From Eledone cirrhosa (taxonomy: Eukaryota): a DNA stretch of 64,000 nucleotides. This document shows, in pieces, positions 1 through 12,010 of the stretch. The translations under genes were made by a program, and so were the position numbers. Where the stretch lies: assembly GCA_964016885.1 (NCBI GenBank), contig CAXHJY010001228.1, positions 35,658 to 99,657 of the forward strand, given 5' to 3'. The notes under the pieces were generated by a model. It was given only the letters and a program-made list of their open reading frames with translations, had not been told where the DNA came from and did no database searches. The stretch's first letter is position 1. Every line of letters starts with the position of its first letter.

Positions 1-629
1 TGAAGGCCAGCCACATTTAGGGTTTGACCCTGAACTTTGTTGATGGTAATCGCGCAGCTTAGTCTCTCTGTTGCTCTAGTAACATTTTTTCTTCTGGAAA
101 ATCTGATCTTGTGGCCAGGATGGGACTTTTTGGGTGGCATCTCGGCAGTAACAATGACGATAAGCCGTATGTGCTTTCGTGAAATAAATACGTTTGTTTA
201 TATTTTGTGTTTGTGTATGCAAACATATCTGTACACGAATATATAATTATATATTAAAATAACAGATTAAAGTTTAAGCAAAGAATCACTGCTTTCACCC
301 TTAACTCTGAAAGTAAAAAAAATCAATCTGTGAACGCAGAAGTAAATATTTCGAAAAAGTTGCAACCGAAAGAAAACAGGAATATGATACTTTGGTTCGT
401 GAAGACGTTAGGAATGTCGTATAACCGGAAGTGTTGACATTTGAAAATTTTAAAGAAGTGAATATATAAATAATGTCTTTAATCTTTTAACAAAATTGTG
501 TAGACAAAAATACCCTCACTTTCTTACTTGGAAACAGTTACTTCTATGGTGCAAATTTGGTGCCATTTGGTCCAGCCGCTTGGCGGAAAGTTTGTTACTT
601 ACATACGGCCGTCAGTTTTATAGTATAGA
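1..629 (-). mobile_element. Non-autonomous Helitron-like repeat, copy 1 (truncated by window start)
   Basis: Near-identical to 33721-34362 and partly to 41760-41970. Ends in TTTTATAGTATAGAT, which on the minus strand reads A|TCTATACTATAAAA, resembling a Helitron 5'-TC terminus. Also carries a CAAATTTGGTGCCATTTGGTCCAG motif typical of Lep1-like elements. The 3' CTAG end was not located. Confidence 0.55.
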
Positions 630-890
630 TATAAGGAAAAGAAATTGAAAATGCAACTGAAGTCATTTAAGAATGTTTATTTATTTACTTAACCGGTTTC
701 ACATTTCTTAGGATTTTCGAAAGTAAAATTGAGATGGAGGGTTTATGTATTTGTTGTGGACAAACCACATCAGAAACACAAACCCTCCATCTTTTTATTT
801 TGAAAATCATAAGAACTATGAAACCGGTAAAGTAAATAAATAAATATTCTTAAAAGACTTCAGTTGCATTTTCAATTTCTTTTCCTTATA
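630..890. repeat. ~260 bp imperfect palindrome made of two head-to-head PLE pseudo-LTR halves
   Basis: TATAAGGAAAAGAAATTGAAAATGCAACTGAAGTC (630-) is the reverse complement of GACTTCAGTTGCATTTTCAATTTCTTTTCCTTATA (-890). Pairing continues inward to ~750/770, and each arm carries an HHR-like motif. Confidence 0.85.
684..727 (-). ncRNA. Type I hammerhead-like motif, U3:A8 core variant
   Basis: Minus strand reads TTTACTT-TCGAAAA-tcctaagaaatgt-GAAA-ccgg-TT-AAGTAAA: 7-bp stem I, palindromic stem III (ACCGGT), weak stem II. Confidence 0.5.
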
Positions 891-956
891 CTTTCACCAG
901 TGTAGGACATCTCGTTTTTTTTTTTAAAACTCATTATTGTCTTATATATATATAAG

Positions 957-1105
957 TGGCTTAGTTCGGATCTAGCTGTCGAAACGGCCGGAGCTCAGCC
1001 GTCGGGGTCCTGACTCTTTTCCTATTAAACACTCTACTACCCTAAGTATTGAGTACTCTGGTGCGTTATGGTCCACCTGGTTTCTTACTACACCCTCTTT
1101 CTTGT
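957..1105 (+). mobile_element. Short dispersed repeat (probable PLE pseudo-LTR fragment) with the 3' half of an HHR
   Basis: Homologous in reverse to 39603-39780 and 48700-48884. Contains GAAA-cggc...gccg-TC (stem III plus GUC site). Confidence 0.55.
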
Positions 1106-1382
1106 TACCCCCCCCCCCCCCACATATATATAGATCTATATATATATATATATAGACTGTAGTAAAAGTTTGGTAGAAATGTCGAAGGGTAAGAGCACTC
1201 AGTCCATAGGACCCGTTTAGTATTAATAGTTACAACAGTGACATAAACCGAACGAAACTTAAGTTTTCATCCTTTTGAGGTCAATAAATAACGTACCAGT
1301 CCAATGCTGGGGTCGATCCTTCACTCTCACCTTCTTTGAAAAACAAACAAACAAACAAAAAAAAACGTCTGCTTTCCGAACT

Positions 1383-1535
1383 GGAGACGGATAGACTGTC
1401 CCAGGTTTTAAATATTCATGACGTGGTCCTACCATCTGGAGACGGATATACTGTCCGAGATTTTAAATACTCAGGACGTACCCATACCACCCTAGAGACG
1501 GATAGACTGTACCAGGTTTTAAATACTCGGGATGT
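1383..1535. repeat. Three diverged ~56 bp tandem units
   Basis: GAGACGGATA(G/T)ACTGT...TTTTAAATA recurs at ~1384, ~1440 and ~1495. Confidence 0.65.
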
Positions 1536-1854
1536 ACCCCTATCACTCCCACAAGTGTTTCTATCAATTATTCTCTATCCATCATATCTTACTCAATCCA
1601 TAAATGATTTTCTATGGTGAATATTTTCTATTTTTTGACTCACAAAAACTTCCTTAATCGGATGGCAACTTGGACAGATTTTATATAATCGATTAATTCC
1701 GATATTTATATTAGATATTTCTATTATTTAGGTTTTTAAAACATGAATATGTCATTTGTTTCAAATATCAACAAATCGTTTTTTCCTAATTCTTCTATGG
1801 CAAATATCTTTTCCCATTAACAGAAACGATTTGTTGATATTTGAATCAAATGAC

Positions 1855-1911
<57 letters not shown>

Positions 1912-1916
1912 ATATG

Positions 1917-1950
<34 letters not shown>

Positions 1951-1986
1951 TGTATGTATGTATGTATGTATGTATGTATGTATGCT

Positions 1987-3453
1987 TGCATTATGGGAGG
2001 TGCTCCAGAAACTTGGTTGCCCTGATAAGTTCCTTGCTTTAGTTAGATCTTTCCATGACGACATGAAGGCTTGGGTTAATGTCGGAGGTAACATGTCGGA
2101 GCCTATCTCAGTAAAAAATGGAGTGAAACAGGGGAATATTCCAGCACCGACCCTGTTTGCCATATACTTTGCAATGGTTTTCTATATTGCATTCAGGAAT
2201 TGCGAGCATGGTGTTTACATCCGATTTCGAACCTCAGGAAGCATATTTAACATCAGGCGCTTTGCTGCAAAGACAAAAGTATTTACATCAATCATAAGAG
2301 ACCTCTTGTATGCAGATGATTGCGATCTTGTAGCGCACACAGAGAGTGATATGCAGCACATTTTGAATGCATTTTCTGATGCTTGCACTGCCCTAGGATT
2401 GACTGTCAGTCTCAAGAAAACCGTCGTCATGTACCAACCTGCCCCTGGTAAGCAGTACAGTGAACCAAATATCTATGTGTATGGTAAACGACTTGGAGTG
2501 GTTGATCAGTTTGTCTACCAGGGAAGCACTGTCAATCGATACAGCAACCTTGACAGTGAAATCTCACTTAGGATTAGGAAAGCAAGTGATGCTTTCGGAA
2601 AGCTAGAAAGGCGACTCTGGGGTCGGCGAGACATATGCAGGAGGACAAAGGTAAAGGTATACAAGGCATGTGTGCTCTATTGTCTTCTTTATGCCTGCGA
2701 GACCTGGGTCACATATCGACACCTCCTTAAGCAATTGGAGCGTTTCCATCAGATGTGTCTCAGGCGGATCCATGGCGTTAACTGGAGGGACCACATCAGT
2801 GATGTCGAGATTTTGGAAAGCTCTATGTGTGACAGTATAGAAGCTCTTGTGCTTAAGCAACGACTCCGTTGGAGTGGTCACCTTGCCAGGATGAAGGATT
2901 CTAGAATACCAAAACAACTCTTTTATGGATAGTTAGTTAAAGGAAAACGACCGCCACATAAACCAAAAAAGAGGTATAAGGATTCCTTGAAAGCCTCTCT
3001 GAAAGACGCTAACATCTCTGCTGATACATGGTAAAATATTGTTGCTGATCGTAATAAATGGAGAAAGACTGTATATGAGGGAAAAGTTGCCTTTGAGGCA
3101 TCTCGAATCGCATACGAGAAAGTAAAGCGGGATGTGAGGAAGGGCATTGCTGTTGCACTTGCAGACGGCGAGGGTCCTCCTATGGTGCTGACATGCAACG
3201 TATGTGCGAGACTCTGCCTTAGCAAGGCTGGACTCGAAAGTCATCTTCGCAGTCATAAAGTAAGACCAGTGGTTGACTACCAGGCTGCTGTTGGAGATGC
3301 TACTCATCATGCTTGCCAAACATGTGGTAGAGAATGTAAATCAGCAGGAGGGCTCAAACGACATGCAAAAGGACATGAACTCCAACCACAGGCGGCTATT
3401 CCCAGTGAATGTTTTGGTTGCCGACTCTGTGCAAGACATTTTAGATCATTGGC
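1987..3453 (+). mobile_element. RTE-clade LINE copy 1, 5'-truncated (RT plus zinc-finger C-terminus; nonsense codons)
   Basis: ORF 1922-2932 carries GVKQG...PTLF, LLYADD and LRWSGHLARM motifs. Stops are TAG at 2930-2932 and TAA at ~3032. C2H2 fingers are in ORF 3134-3499. It is preceded by (TATG)n and cut at ~3453 by a pseudo-LTR fragment. Confidence 0.93.
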
Positions 3454-3488
3454 TTTTGAAAAGCAGAAGAACTGCGAAACCGCTAAAG
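3453..3488 (+). ncRNA. Type I hammerhead-like motif, U3:A8 variant, in a pseudo-LTR fragment related to 630-890
   Basis: CTT-TTGAAAA-GCAG-aagaa-CTGC-GAAA-ccgc-TA-AAG, with a perfect 4-bp stem II. Downstream AAGACTCCAGTTGCATTTTC matches ~854-873. Confidence 0.55.
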
Positions 3489-3555
3489 GAACCAAATAAA
3501 TATATATATTTAAAAAAAAAAAGACTCCAGTTGCATTTTCGATTTCATCTTTTTT

Positions 3556-3599
<44 letters not shown>

Positions 3600-3980
3600 G
3601 ATAGCTGCATCTCGGTTTCAAGATTCTCAAACATGGTTGACATGGAGATAACTCTTTGGCACTGTAAAGAACTTACATTCTGCATATGCTGCTCTGATGA
3701 ACTTTACTTCCATTTTCGTTCCCTGTTTTGATTTTAGGAACTTTCAAGGGTCCACCGGTCGAGGTACATTGTTTTCCACACTTCCGACAGGTAGAAATGC
3801 CAGAAAGACCAAAATAAACATTTTGTATACACACTTTAAGTAGAATGCTGTTGAAGTGTGTCTACATTTTTGGGGGACATCCTGTATATATTACAGCTAT
3901 GTATGTATGTATGGATGGATGTATATATGTATGTATGTGTGTATGTATGTATGTATGTACCTATAATGTATATATGTATG

Positions 3981-4488
3981 TTCTGGTTTTATAACTTTAT
4001 AAATTTTTACCTATAGAGAGAGAGTTGGTTTCTAACAAAGATACAAGACTCTCTCATTGGAATTTACACAACATCAACTAGGCAGATATGTATGCATGTC
4101 TGCATGCATGCATATGTGTGCAGGTATGGATGTTATTGCATGTGTGGATGTGTTTGTTTTGAGTTATATGTGTAGATGTGGATGTTTTGAGCTATATGTG
4201 TGCATGTGCATATGCTTTGCATCTGTACATGTGCACATGCAGTTATTATATGCAGAATTTTTGGAATGTTTTATATATTTTTACTGTTCCATTAATGGAT
4301 TGTACTTGTAATTTCCTAACTAGTTGTGTTCTTTCTGTTTCTGTGAAGCCTAGCTTCTCAAGACTTATACTGAGGCAGTTACTAACATATCTCAGTGCCC
4401 CAATAATCACAGGTATAAATCTGAAGGTACAGTTAGGGTGGAGTATCTGCAGATTTCTCATTAGTTCTGCATAAATATTTTCATTTTC
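3981..4488 (-). mobile_element. Second, heavily 5'-truncated 3' end of the R4/Dong-like element
   Basis: ORF 4246-4461 repeats the C-terminus of ORF 4736-5134 with substitutions, has the same 3' UTR, and is bounded by (TATG)n on both sides. Confidence 0.88.
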
Positions 4489-4505
4489 GTATGTATGTAT
4501 GTATG

Positions 4506-7500
4506 TTCTTCTGGTTTTATAATTTCACAAATTTTTTCCCAATAGAGAGAGAGTCAGTTTCTAACCGAGATACAAGATTCTTTCATTGGAATTTACACAA
4601 CATCAACTAGGTAGATTATGTATGCATGCATGCATGCATGTTTAGATATAGATGTTATTGTATGTGTGATGTGTATGTTTTGAGTTGTATGTGTGCATGT
4701 GTATATGCTTTGTATCTGTACATGTGTATATGCAGTTAATAGATGAAAAATGTTTGGAATGTTTTACATAATTTTACTGTTCCATTAATAGATTGTACTT
4801 GTAATTTCCTAACTAGTTGTGTTCTTTCTGTTCCTGTGAAGCCTAGCTTCTCAAGATTTGTATTGAGGCAGTTACTAACATACCCCAGTGCCCCAATAAT
4901 CACAGGCATAAATCTGAAGGTGTAATCAGGATGGAGTATCTGCAGATTTCTCATCAGTTCTGCATAAATATTCTCCTTTTCACTAATCTTTGATATTATA
5001 TTGGCATCTGCTGGGCAGCTAATTTCCACTACTGTGCATGTTTTCTTCTCCCTGTCCCATATCATAATATCTGGTCTGTTGTGCCTGCATTTTATTGGGG
5101 TTTTTACTGGAACATTCCACCAGTACTCTTTCATATTATGTACGTGGATGTCTTCGACATTGCTATAGCTTTTAATGTGTTTATTATCGGGGCTATCTTT
5201 TTTACGGACTGTGTTTTGGCCACTACATCATGCCTCATGGGTAGATAGTACCGCGATGACATTCTTTGGACAGCTGCTGATGACATGGGTGATATCCTCG
5301 ATGTTAGTTCTGCAGAGTCTGCACTTGTTATCACATCTAGGTGTTTTGCCTGCATCCCTATCTCTTTTGTGAATCAGGTATTTCGTGTTAATCTCCTGTT
5401 CCTGGATTGCAAAAGCGTATCCTTCAAAGTAGGAGCCAATATAGCGGTTGTTGGTCCAAGATAGACTACTTTCCTTATCTATATTACTCTCACTCTGGAG
5501 CTTCCTGGCAACATATCCATGCATAATTTTTTTGCTGATAAGCATGCGGTTTTTCATTCATGGATTCACTGCGATACTGCTGAGCGACTTCCCTGGGTGT
5601 GAGTTTTTGATTATCACACAGAGAATATCTCTCAAGGAGTTCCTTCCCAACTCTCATGATCTTATCTGTTTCATGCAGATAGACTTGCTCGAGAAATGGG
5701 CTCCTACGCTTCGAGGTTCGTAGATGTTGTTGGAGGGATATGATGTGACATTCCAATGCTGTCTGGACTGATGTTAGGCCTCTGCCTCTCTGCTTACGTT
5801 TCAAGTAAAGGCGGTCTATGTCACTGTTGGTGTGGAAGTTTCCGGTGTTGTTTAGTATTTTTCGAGTTCTAACATCAAGTGCTCGGATTTCGTCTATCGT
5901 CCAATTGAGTATTCCAAACGTTGGTGTTAGGACAGGCACAGCAAACACATTGTGAGCCACTGTTTTGTTCTGCGCAGAGAGTTCCGATGACCAAATATTT
6001 CTTAATCGGGTGTAGTATTCCCTGGTTACGCGTTCCTTATTACAGATACCATTATAGGATATGTTTTCATCTATACCCAGGTATCTGTAGCAGTCCTCAT
6101 CAGATATCGATGAAACAGTTAGGCCATTGATGACAATGTTGCTAGATTGGGTTGTTGTTTTTCCCTGCTTTACAGTCATGTATGAGCATTTATCTTGGCC
6201 AAACTCCATTCCTATATCCTTTGAGAACGTTGTAACCAAGTAAAGATTTTTCTTCCTCCCATCCATGTTCTTGGCATAGAGTTTCAGATCGTCCACAAAG
6301 AAATTATGGATTAGGTTCGTATTTCTGTCCTCCTGTGAGCCAATGATGTATCGCTCACATTTCTTGAGCAGAAAGGACAAGGGGTTTAATGACAAGATAA
6401 ATAATATCACAGAGAGACTGTCCCCCTGAAATATACCCCTGCGATATTTTATTTTATCAGTGAAAATAGAGTCCTCCCTCTCTGTCTTTAACCTAGGATA
6501 GTAGCCCAAGAAGAAGACAGCCTCTCTATGGCTCTGACAATAATGTCTGGGACTTTAGCAAGCTGGAGGGCCTGTATCATTCAAGAGTGGGGAACAGAAT
6601 CGAAAGCTTTCCTGCAGTCCAGCCAGACTGTAGCCATATTCCTCCTAAGTTGTCGCACTTCCGACATCGCAGGTTTGTTGATTAGGAGTTGTTCAGCACA
6701 TCCCCAAACCCCTTTCTTTCCAGCTGCTTGTTTATCTGTGATGATCTTATTATTTTCACAGTGATCTTGGAGGAATAGGTTCAGGCAGGCTTATACATCA
6801 GGTTCTGGCATGCAATGGGTCGGTAGTTTTTTGCCAAGTGGGTGTCTTTGTTCTTGGGGACCAGTAATGTTTGTGCTAATGTCAACCATTCTGGTATAAG
6901 TGTATCTCCCTTAAGAACTTGTTGGTAGAGGTCAGTAAGGTACTTCCGATAAAATATCAGTTTTTTTGTACCAGTAGCCGACAATCATGTCTCTTCCTGG
7001 TTTTTTCTACTCTTGGAGTTTTCCTATCACAGTCTCAAGGGTACCCTCACTTATTTCGTATGTTTTTGTTGTAGTGTAGGAGCAATAATTCTTTCGGATT
7101 TCTGTTAGCCACACTGCATCTTGGTCGAAATTCTTCTTTTCACCCCATATTTTGCTCTAAAAGGAATCTATGTCTTTCTGGGATGGGGCCTCAGTGACAC
7201 TTATTATTTTGTTCTTCATATCTCTATAGACTGATGTTTGGTTTCGTCTGAATCTTTTATTAAGCACTTTCTCTTATCTACCTTCTTCAGGTATCGGCGT
7301 TTTTCGCTAACAGCTCTCAATTCTTGTTTGAGGGTGATCAGCTTATATTGGAGAGTTCTGGTTCTACTGTTACCAAACATCGTCTCTATTTTATTTTTCA
7401 CTCTTTGTTGGTGAGGAGTGAGGTTTTTGTGTGTTTGTTTGCATGTAAGGAGCATTGTCACATATCCTATGGTTTTACGTAGGTCAACAATATTTTTTTC

Positions 7501-8586
7501 TATTTTAGTTATATATGATGGTATTTTTGGTGGTGTTCTGTTCTTGTTAATATCTCTGCTCTCACCAAGATAATACTTCACTGTCGTTGCTAAGGCATAT
7601 AAACAGGCGTTGATTTGCCAAAATGTTGGGGTTTTTATCCGTCGTAAATATTCATCCCCTATTTCGTCAATAACACGTAATATTTCATTATTTGGTTTTT
7701 TATTAAACGTTGTCGTTTTAACACGTTCAGCAAGAGAGATATTTATACATGAATTAATTTCTCTCTGGAAGATTTCGTTGAGGGAAATTTTCAATTGATT
7801 ATTATCATTATCGATAGTATTTTCAACAACAGTCGAGGTAGACTCGGATGGTACACGTGGTGTCAAATTTATTCGATTATTATTATTATCGATCGTGTTT
7901 TCCCCAGCATTCGAGGTAGACTTAGATGGTACAGGTGGTGTCAAGTTTCTTATAGGCATAGTTGTTTCAAGGCGCTGTTCGACCTGGCTGCTAGGAAGTC
8001 TAGTAGCATGGCGACCTGTAGCACATGTTGTTGATCCAATGTTTGTTGTGGGGGACTTACAATTAATACTATATATCTTATTTTTACGTTCAACAAACGT
8101 CGGTTGTTGGCGTAATTGTTTCGCTGTGAAGTAATTTAGCTCTGGGTGCATTTCGTCCCAGTGTAGCTTCATTCTGTTCATATAGCCAATGGAGGGATTG
8201 TTTTTTGCCATTTCATAACAATTAAATAAATCATTAATAAGTTGAAAACTCCAAGAGAAATGCGATTTATAATTTCGGTTTCTTCTGTAGCTACAACTGA
8301 ATAAAGTTTGTTTACCTTTCTTGTTGTTTGTCTTCGATACTTCCTTAATTTTGTTGTTGATGTTGTGTTCAGCCATGCTGTTTGTAGCAAATCCTTGTAA
8401 AATGAATTATGTATTTAGTCGGATATCTCTACGAATTCGAATAAAAGGTGTCTTCAGAAGATATACTTAGAAGAATATCCAGTTATTCAACATGACAGTA
8501 GTTGTGGCATTACTGTCGGAGATTGTATTCATCTTAAATTTAATAAATAGTCTCCCACGCCAAAATATGCGACTGATCGCGTTGAC
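4506..8586 (-). mobile_element. Near full-length R4/Dong-like non-LTR retrotransposon (single ORF: RT plus restriction-like endonuclease), frameshifted
   Basis: Collinear minus-strand ORF pieces: N-terminal region 7216-8376 (GYMNRMKLHWDEMHPE), RT start 6781-6984 (PEWL..LVPK..NYRPIAC), RT 5490-6509 (RGIFQGDSLS, FVDDLKLY, YRYLG), CRLC..H..C knuckle 5228-5557, and RLE 4736-5134 (RPD..VEISCP..K..K..Y). Confidence 0.9.
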
Positions 8587-8654
8587 TGTATGTTATGTTA
8601 TGTTATGTTATGTTATGTTATGTTATGTTTGTATGTATGTATGTATGTATGTAT

Positions 8655-10887
8655 AATAATTCTACGAAGGTGGCGAGAGCACTTTGATGATCTTTTGAAT
8701 AAGCCGTCTGTCGTCAATGAAGATTTCCTCAATCTCATTCCAGAAAGTCCCGTGAAAGTAGCTCTCGCAGAACCCCCGACGCTTGTGGAGGTTGCAGTGG
8801 CTATCCCGAAGCTGAGCAGTGGAAGGTATCCAGGTATGGATGGCATACATGCTGAGCTCCTACAATATGGTGGTGAGAGACTCCTGCAACATCTTCACTC
8901 TTTGTTTGGCAGGATATGGGCTAATGAATCCGTACCTGAGGACTGGAGAGATACAGTAATGGTGGTCTTGTACAAGAGAAAGGGTAACAGGAATGATTGT
9001 GGGAACTATAGAGGTATATCATCGCTTTCTCTCGTAGGGAAATTTTGATGTAGGGTACTTCTGGACCTTCTGCTGACACACATTGCAGATTGTGTTCTTC
9101 CTGAAAGTCAATCTGGTTTTCGTGCTGGACGCGGCACTACTGATATGATCTTCTCAGCTAGACAGCTCCAGGAGAAGTGCATGGAACAAGGTTTGGATCT
9201 GTATCAGGTTTTTGTCGATCTGACAAAAGCTTACGATACTGTTAACAGAAATGCATTATGGAAGGTTCTCCAGAAACTTGGTTGCCCTGATAAGTTCCTT
9301 GCTTTAGTTAGGTCTTTCAATGATGACATGAAGGCTTGGGTTAATGTCGGAGGTAACATGTCGGAGCCTATCTCAGTAAAAAATGGAGTGAAACAGGCGG
9401 ATATTCCAGCACCGACCCTGTTTGGCATATACTTTGCAATGGTTTTCTGTATTGTATTCAGGAATTGCGAGCATTGTGTTTACATCCGATATCGAACCCC
9501 AGGCAGCATATTTAACATCAGGCGCTTTGCTGCAAAGACAAAAGTATTTACATCAATCATAAGAGACCTCTTGTATGCAGATGATTGCGATCTTGTAGCG
9601 CACACAGAGAGTGATATGCAGCACATTTTGAATGCATTTTCTGGCGCTTGCACTGCCCTAGGATTGACTGTCAGTCTCAAGAAAACCGTCGTCTTGTACC
9701 AACCTGCCCCTGGTAAGCAGTACAGTGAACCAACTATCTATGTGTATGGTAAACGACTTGGAGTGGTTGATCAGTTTGTCTACCTGGGAAGCACTGTCGA
9801 TCGATACAGCAACCTTGATAGTGAAATCTCACTTAGGATTAGGAAAGCAAGTGATGCTTTCGGAAAGCTAGAAAGGCGACTCTGGGGTCGGCGAGACATA
9901 TGCAAGAAGACAAAGGTAAAGGTATACAAGGCATGTGTGCTCTCTTCTCTTCTTTATGCCTGCGAGACCTGGGTCACATATCGACACCACCTTAAGAAAT
10001 TGGAGCGTTTCCATCAGATGTGTCTCAGACGGATCCATGGCGTTAACTGGAGGGACCACATCAGTGAGGTCGAGATTTTGGAAAGCTCTATGTGTGACAG
10101 TCTAGAAGCTCTTGTGCTTAAACAACGACTCCGTTGGAGTGGTCACCTTGCCAGGATGAAGGATTCTAGAATACCAAAACAACTCTTTTATGGATAGTTA
10201 GTTAAAGGAAAACGACCGCCACATAAACCAGAAAAGAGGTATAAGGATTCCTTGAAAGCCTCTTTGAAAGACGCTAACATCTCTGCTGATACATGGGAAA
10301 ATATTGTTGCTGATCGTAATAAATGGAGAAAGACTGTATATGAGGGAAAAGTTGCCTTTGAGGCATCTCGAATCGCATATGAGAAAGTAAAGCGGGATGT
10401 GAGGAAGGGCATTGCTGTTGCACTTGCAGACGGCGAGGGTCCTCCTATGGTGCTGACATGCAGCGTATGTGCGAGACTCTGCCTAAGCAAGGCTGGACTC
10501 GAAAGTCATCTTCGCAGTCATAAAGTAAGACCAGTGGTTGACTACCAGGCTGCTGTTGGAGATGCTACTCATCATGCTTGCCAAGCAAGTGGTAGAGAAT
10601 GTAAATCAGCAGGAGGGCTCCAACGACATGCAAAAGTACATGAACTCCAACCACAGCCGGCTATTCCCAGTGAATGTTTTGGTTGCCGACTCTGTGCAAG
10701 ACATTTTAGATCATTGGCTGGGCTAAAAAGCCACATTCGATCGCAGCGCTGTTAGTTGCTATCGTGTGTGTGTGTGTGTGTAGATATGTTTATGTGTGTG
10801 CGTGTGTGTGTATATATATATATGTATATTATTATTGTTGTTGTCGTTATTATTATTGTTGTTATTATTATTGTTATTAATATATAT

Positions 10888-10921
<34 letters not shown>

Positions 10922-10993
10922 ATACATATATATATAAATATTTTTTTTCTTCTCGTGCAATGGCCATACTCGATAACGAGGTGGCAGCCATCA
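8655..10993 (+). mobile_element. RTE-clade LINE copy 2 (longest; 5'-truncated, intact 3' end with (TATG)n tail)
   Basis: ORFs 8590-9048 (RWREHF, PGMDGI, NYRGIS), 9145-10197 (FVDLTKAYD, YADD) and 10252-10755 (three C2H2 fingers). The 3' UTR ends GGCAGCCATC then (ATGT)n. Stops are at 9046-9048 and 10195-10197. Confidence 0.95.
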
Positions 10994-11148
10994 TGTATGT
11001 ATGTATGTATGTATGTATGTATGTATGTATGTATGTATGTATGTATGTATGTATGTATGTATGTATGTATGTATGTATGTATGGAGGTATCTGTTGTAGC
11101 AGGCCTGATTCCTATATTCATCCTATGTATGTGTATGTACGCTATATG

Positions 11149-11222
<74 letters not shown>

Positions 11223-11602
11223 CGAATATCATGCATTTTATGTGTGTATTTACATGTGCAAATTGTTTACAATTCCCTTGGTTATACACAGAGAATCCTT
11301 GTTGCTCATTGCTCTTTTATAGATTCAGACAAAGAATAGTAACAGCTGGGATGTTATATATACACGCGGCACTAGTAATAGAAATAGTACATAGTCTAAC
11401 GAACGTCTTGTGTTCTCTATAGAATTTGTCTTAGCAGTCACGTGTTTTAGAATTTGCTCGCGCTGTGCGTGGTCCTTGGGTAGGTATATTGTAGCATAGT
11501 CTCGGGCTGATCAACACTTGAAACAAAATCTGAAAATACTGAACCACCACGTACTTGTGCGCGTGCGTGCGTGCGTGCGTGCGTGCGTGTGTGTGTGTGA
11601 TA

Positions 11603-12010
11603 CGGGGGTAATCCCAAAAGTAAGGCCTCCAAAGCGTTGGGGACGCAGAGAAACTGTTCGTACGGCTGTTGGCAACATTGTTGTGATGTGTGCTTCCTTC
11701 ACTCCCAAACAAGCATGCGCGCGCTTCGCTGGGATGCTCAATCCTGGCTTGGCAGCCGTTGAGAATGGAGCTCCCGTTGAACGCTACCGCCAAGTGCGAA
11801 TTTAACGCAGTTATCATATAGAGGGCAATCCCCAAAGTAAGGTCTCCTTCCGAGGAAAACATGCGTAAAGATCGGTGGATCACTCTGGATGCTCTCTGCA
11901 TTTCGGTTCCTGAGGTTTGCCGAAGCACCATCGACAGGATTTTAACGGAAAAGTTGCAATATCGGAAGTTGCAATTTCGGAAGGAGACCTTACTTTTGGG
12001 ATTGCCCTTG
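11603..12010. mobile_element. Mariner-derived MITE-like remnant with three TIR copies
   Basis: TIR GAGGGCAATCCCCAAAGTAAGGTCTCCTTCCGA at 11821 has its reverse complement at 11977-12010, followed by TA. A further TIR copy starts at 11603 after TA. 11861-11970 translates to RKDRWITLDALCISVPEVCRSTIDRILTEKLQYRK, resembling the second mariner HTH. Confidence 0.75.

Noticed and set aside
3134-3499. Host C2H2 zinc-finger gene
   Set aside because: It is in frame with, and repeated as part of, the RTE LINE ORF in three copies.
3860-3890. Tc1-like TIR (minus strand TACAGGATGTCCCCCAAAAAATG)
   Set aside because: No partner TIR or transposase was found nearby.
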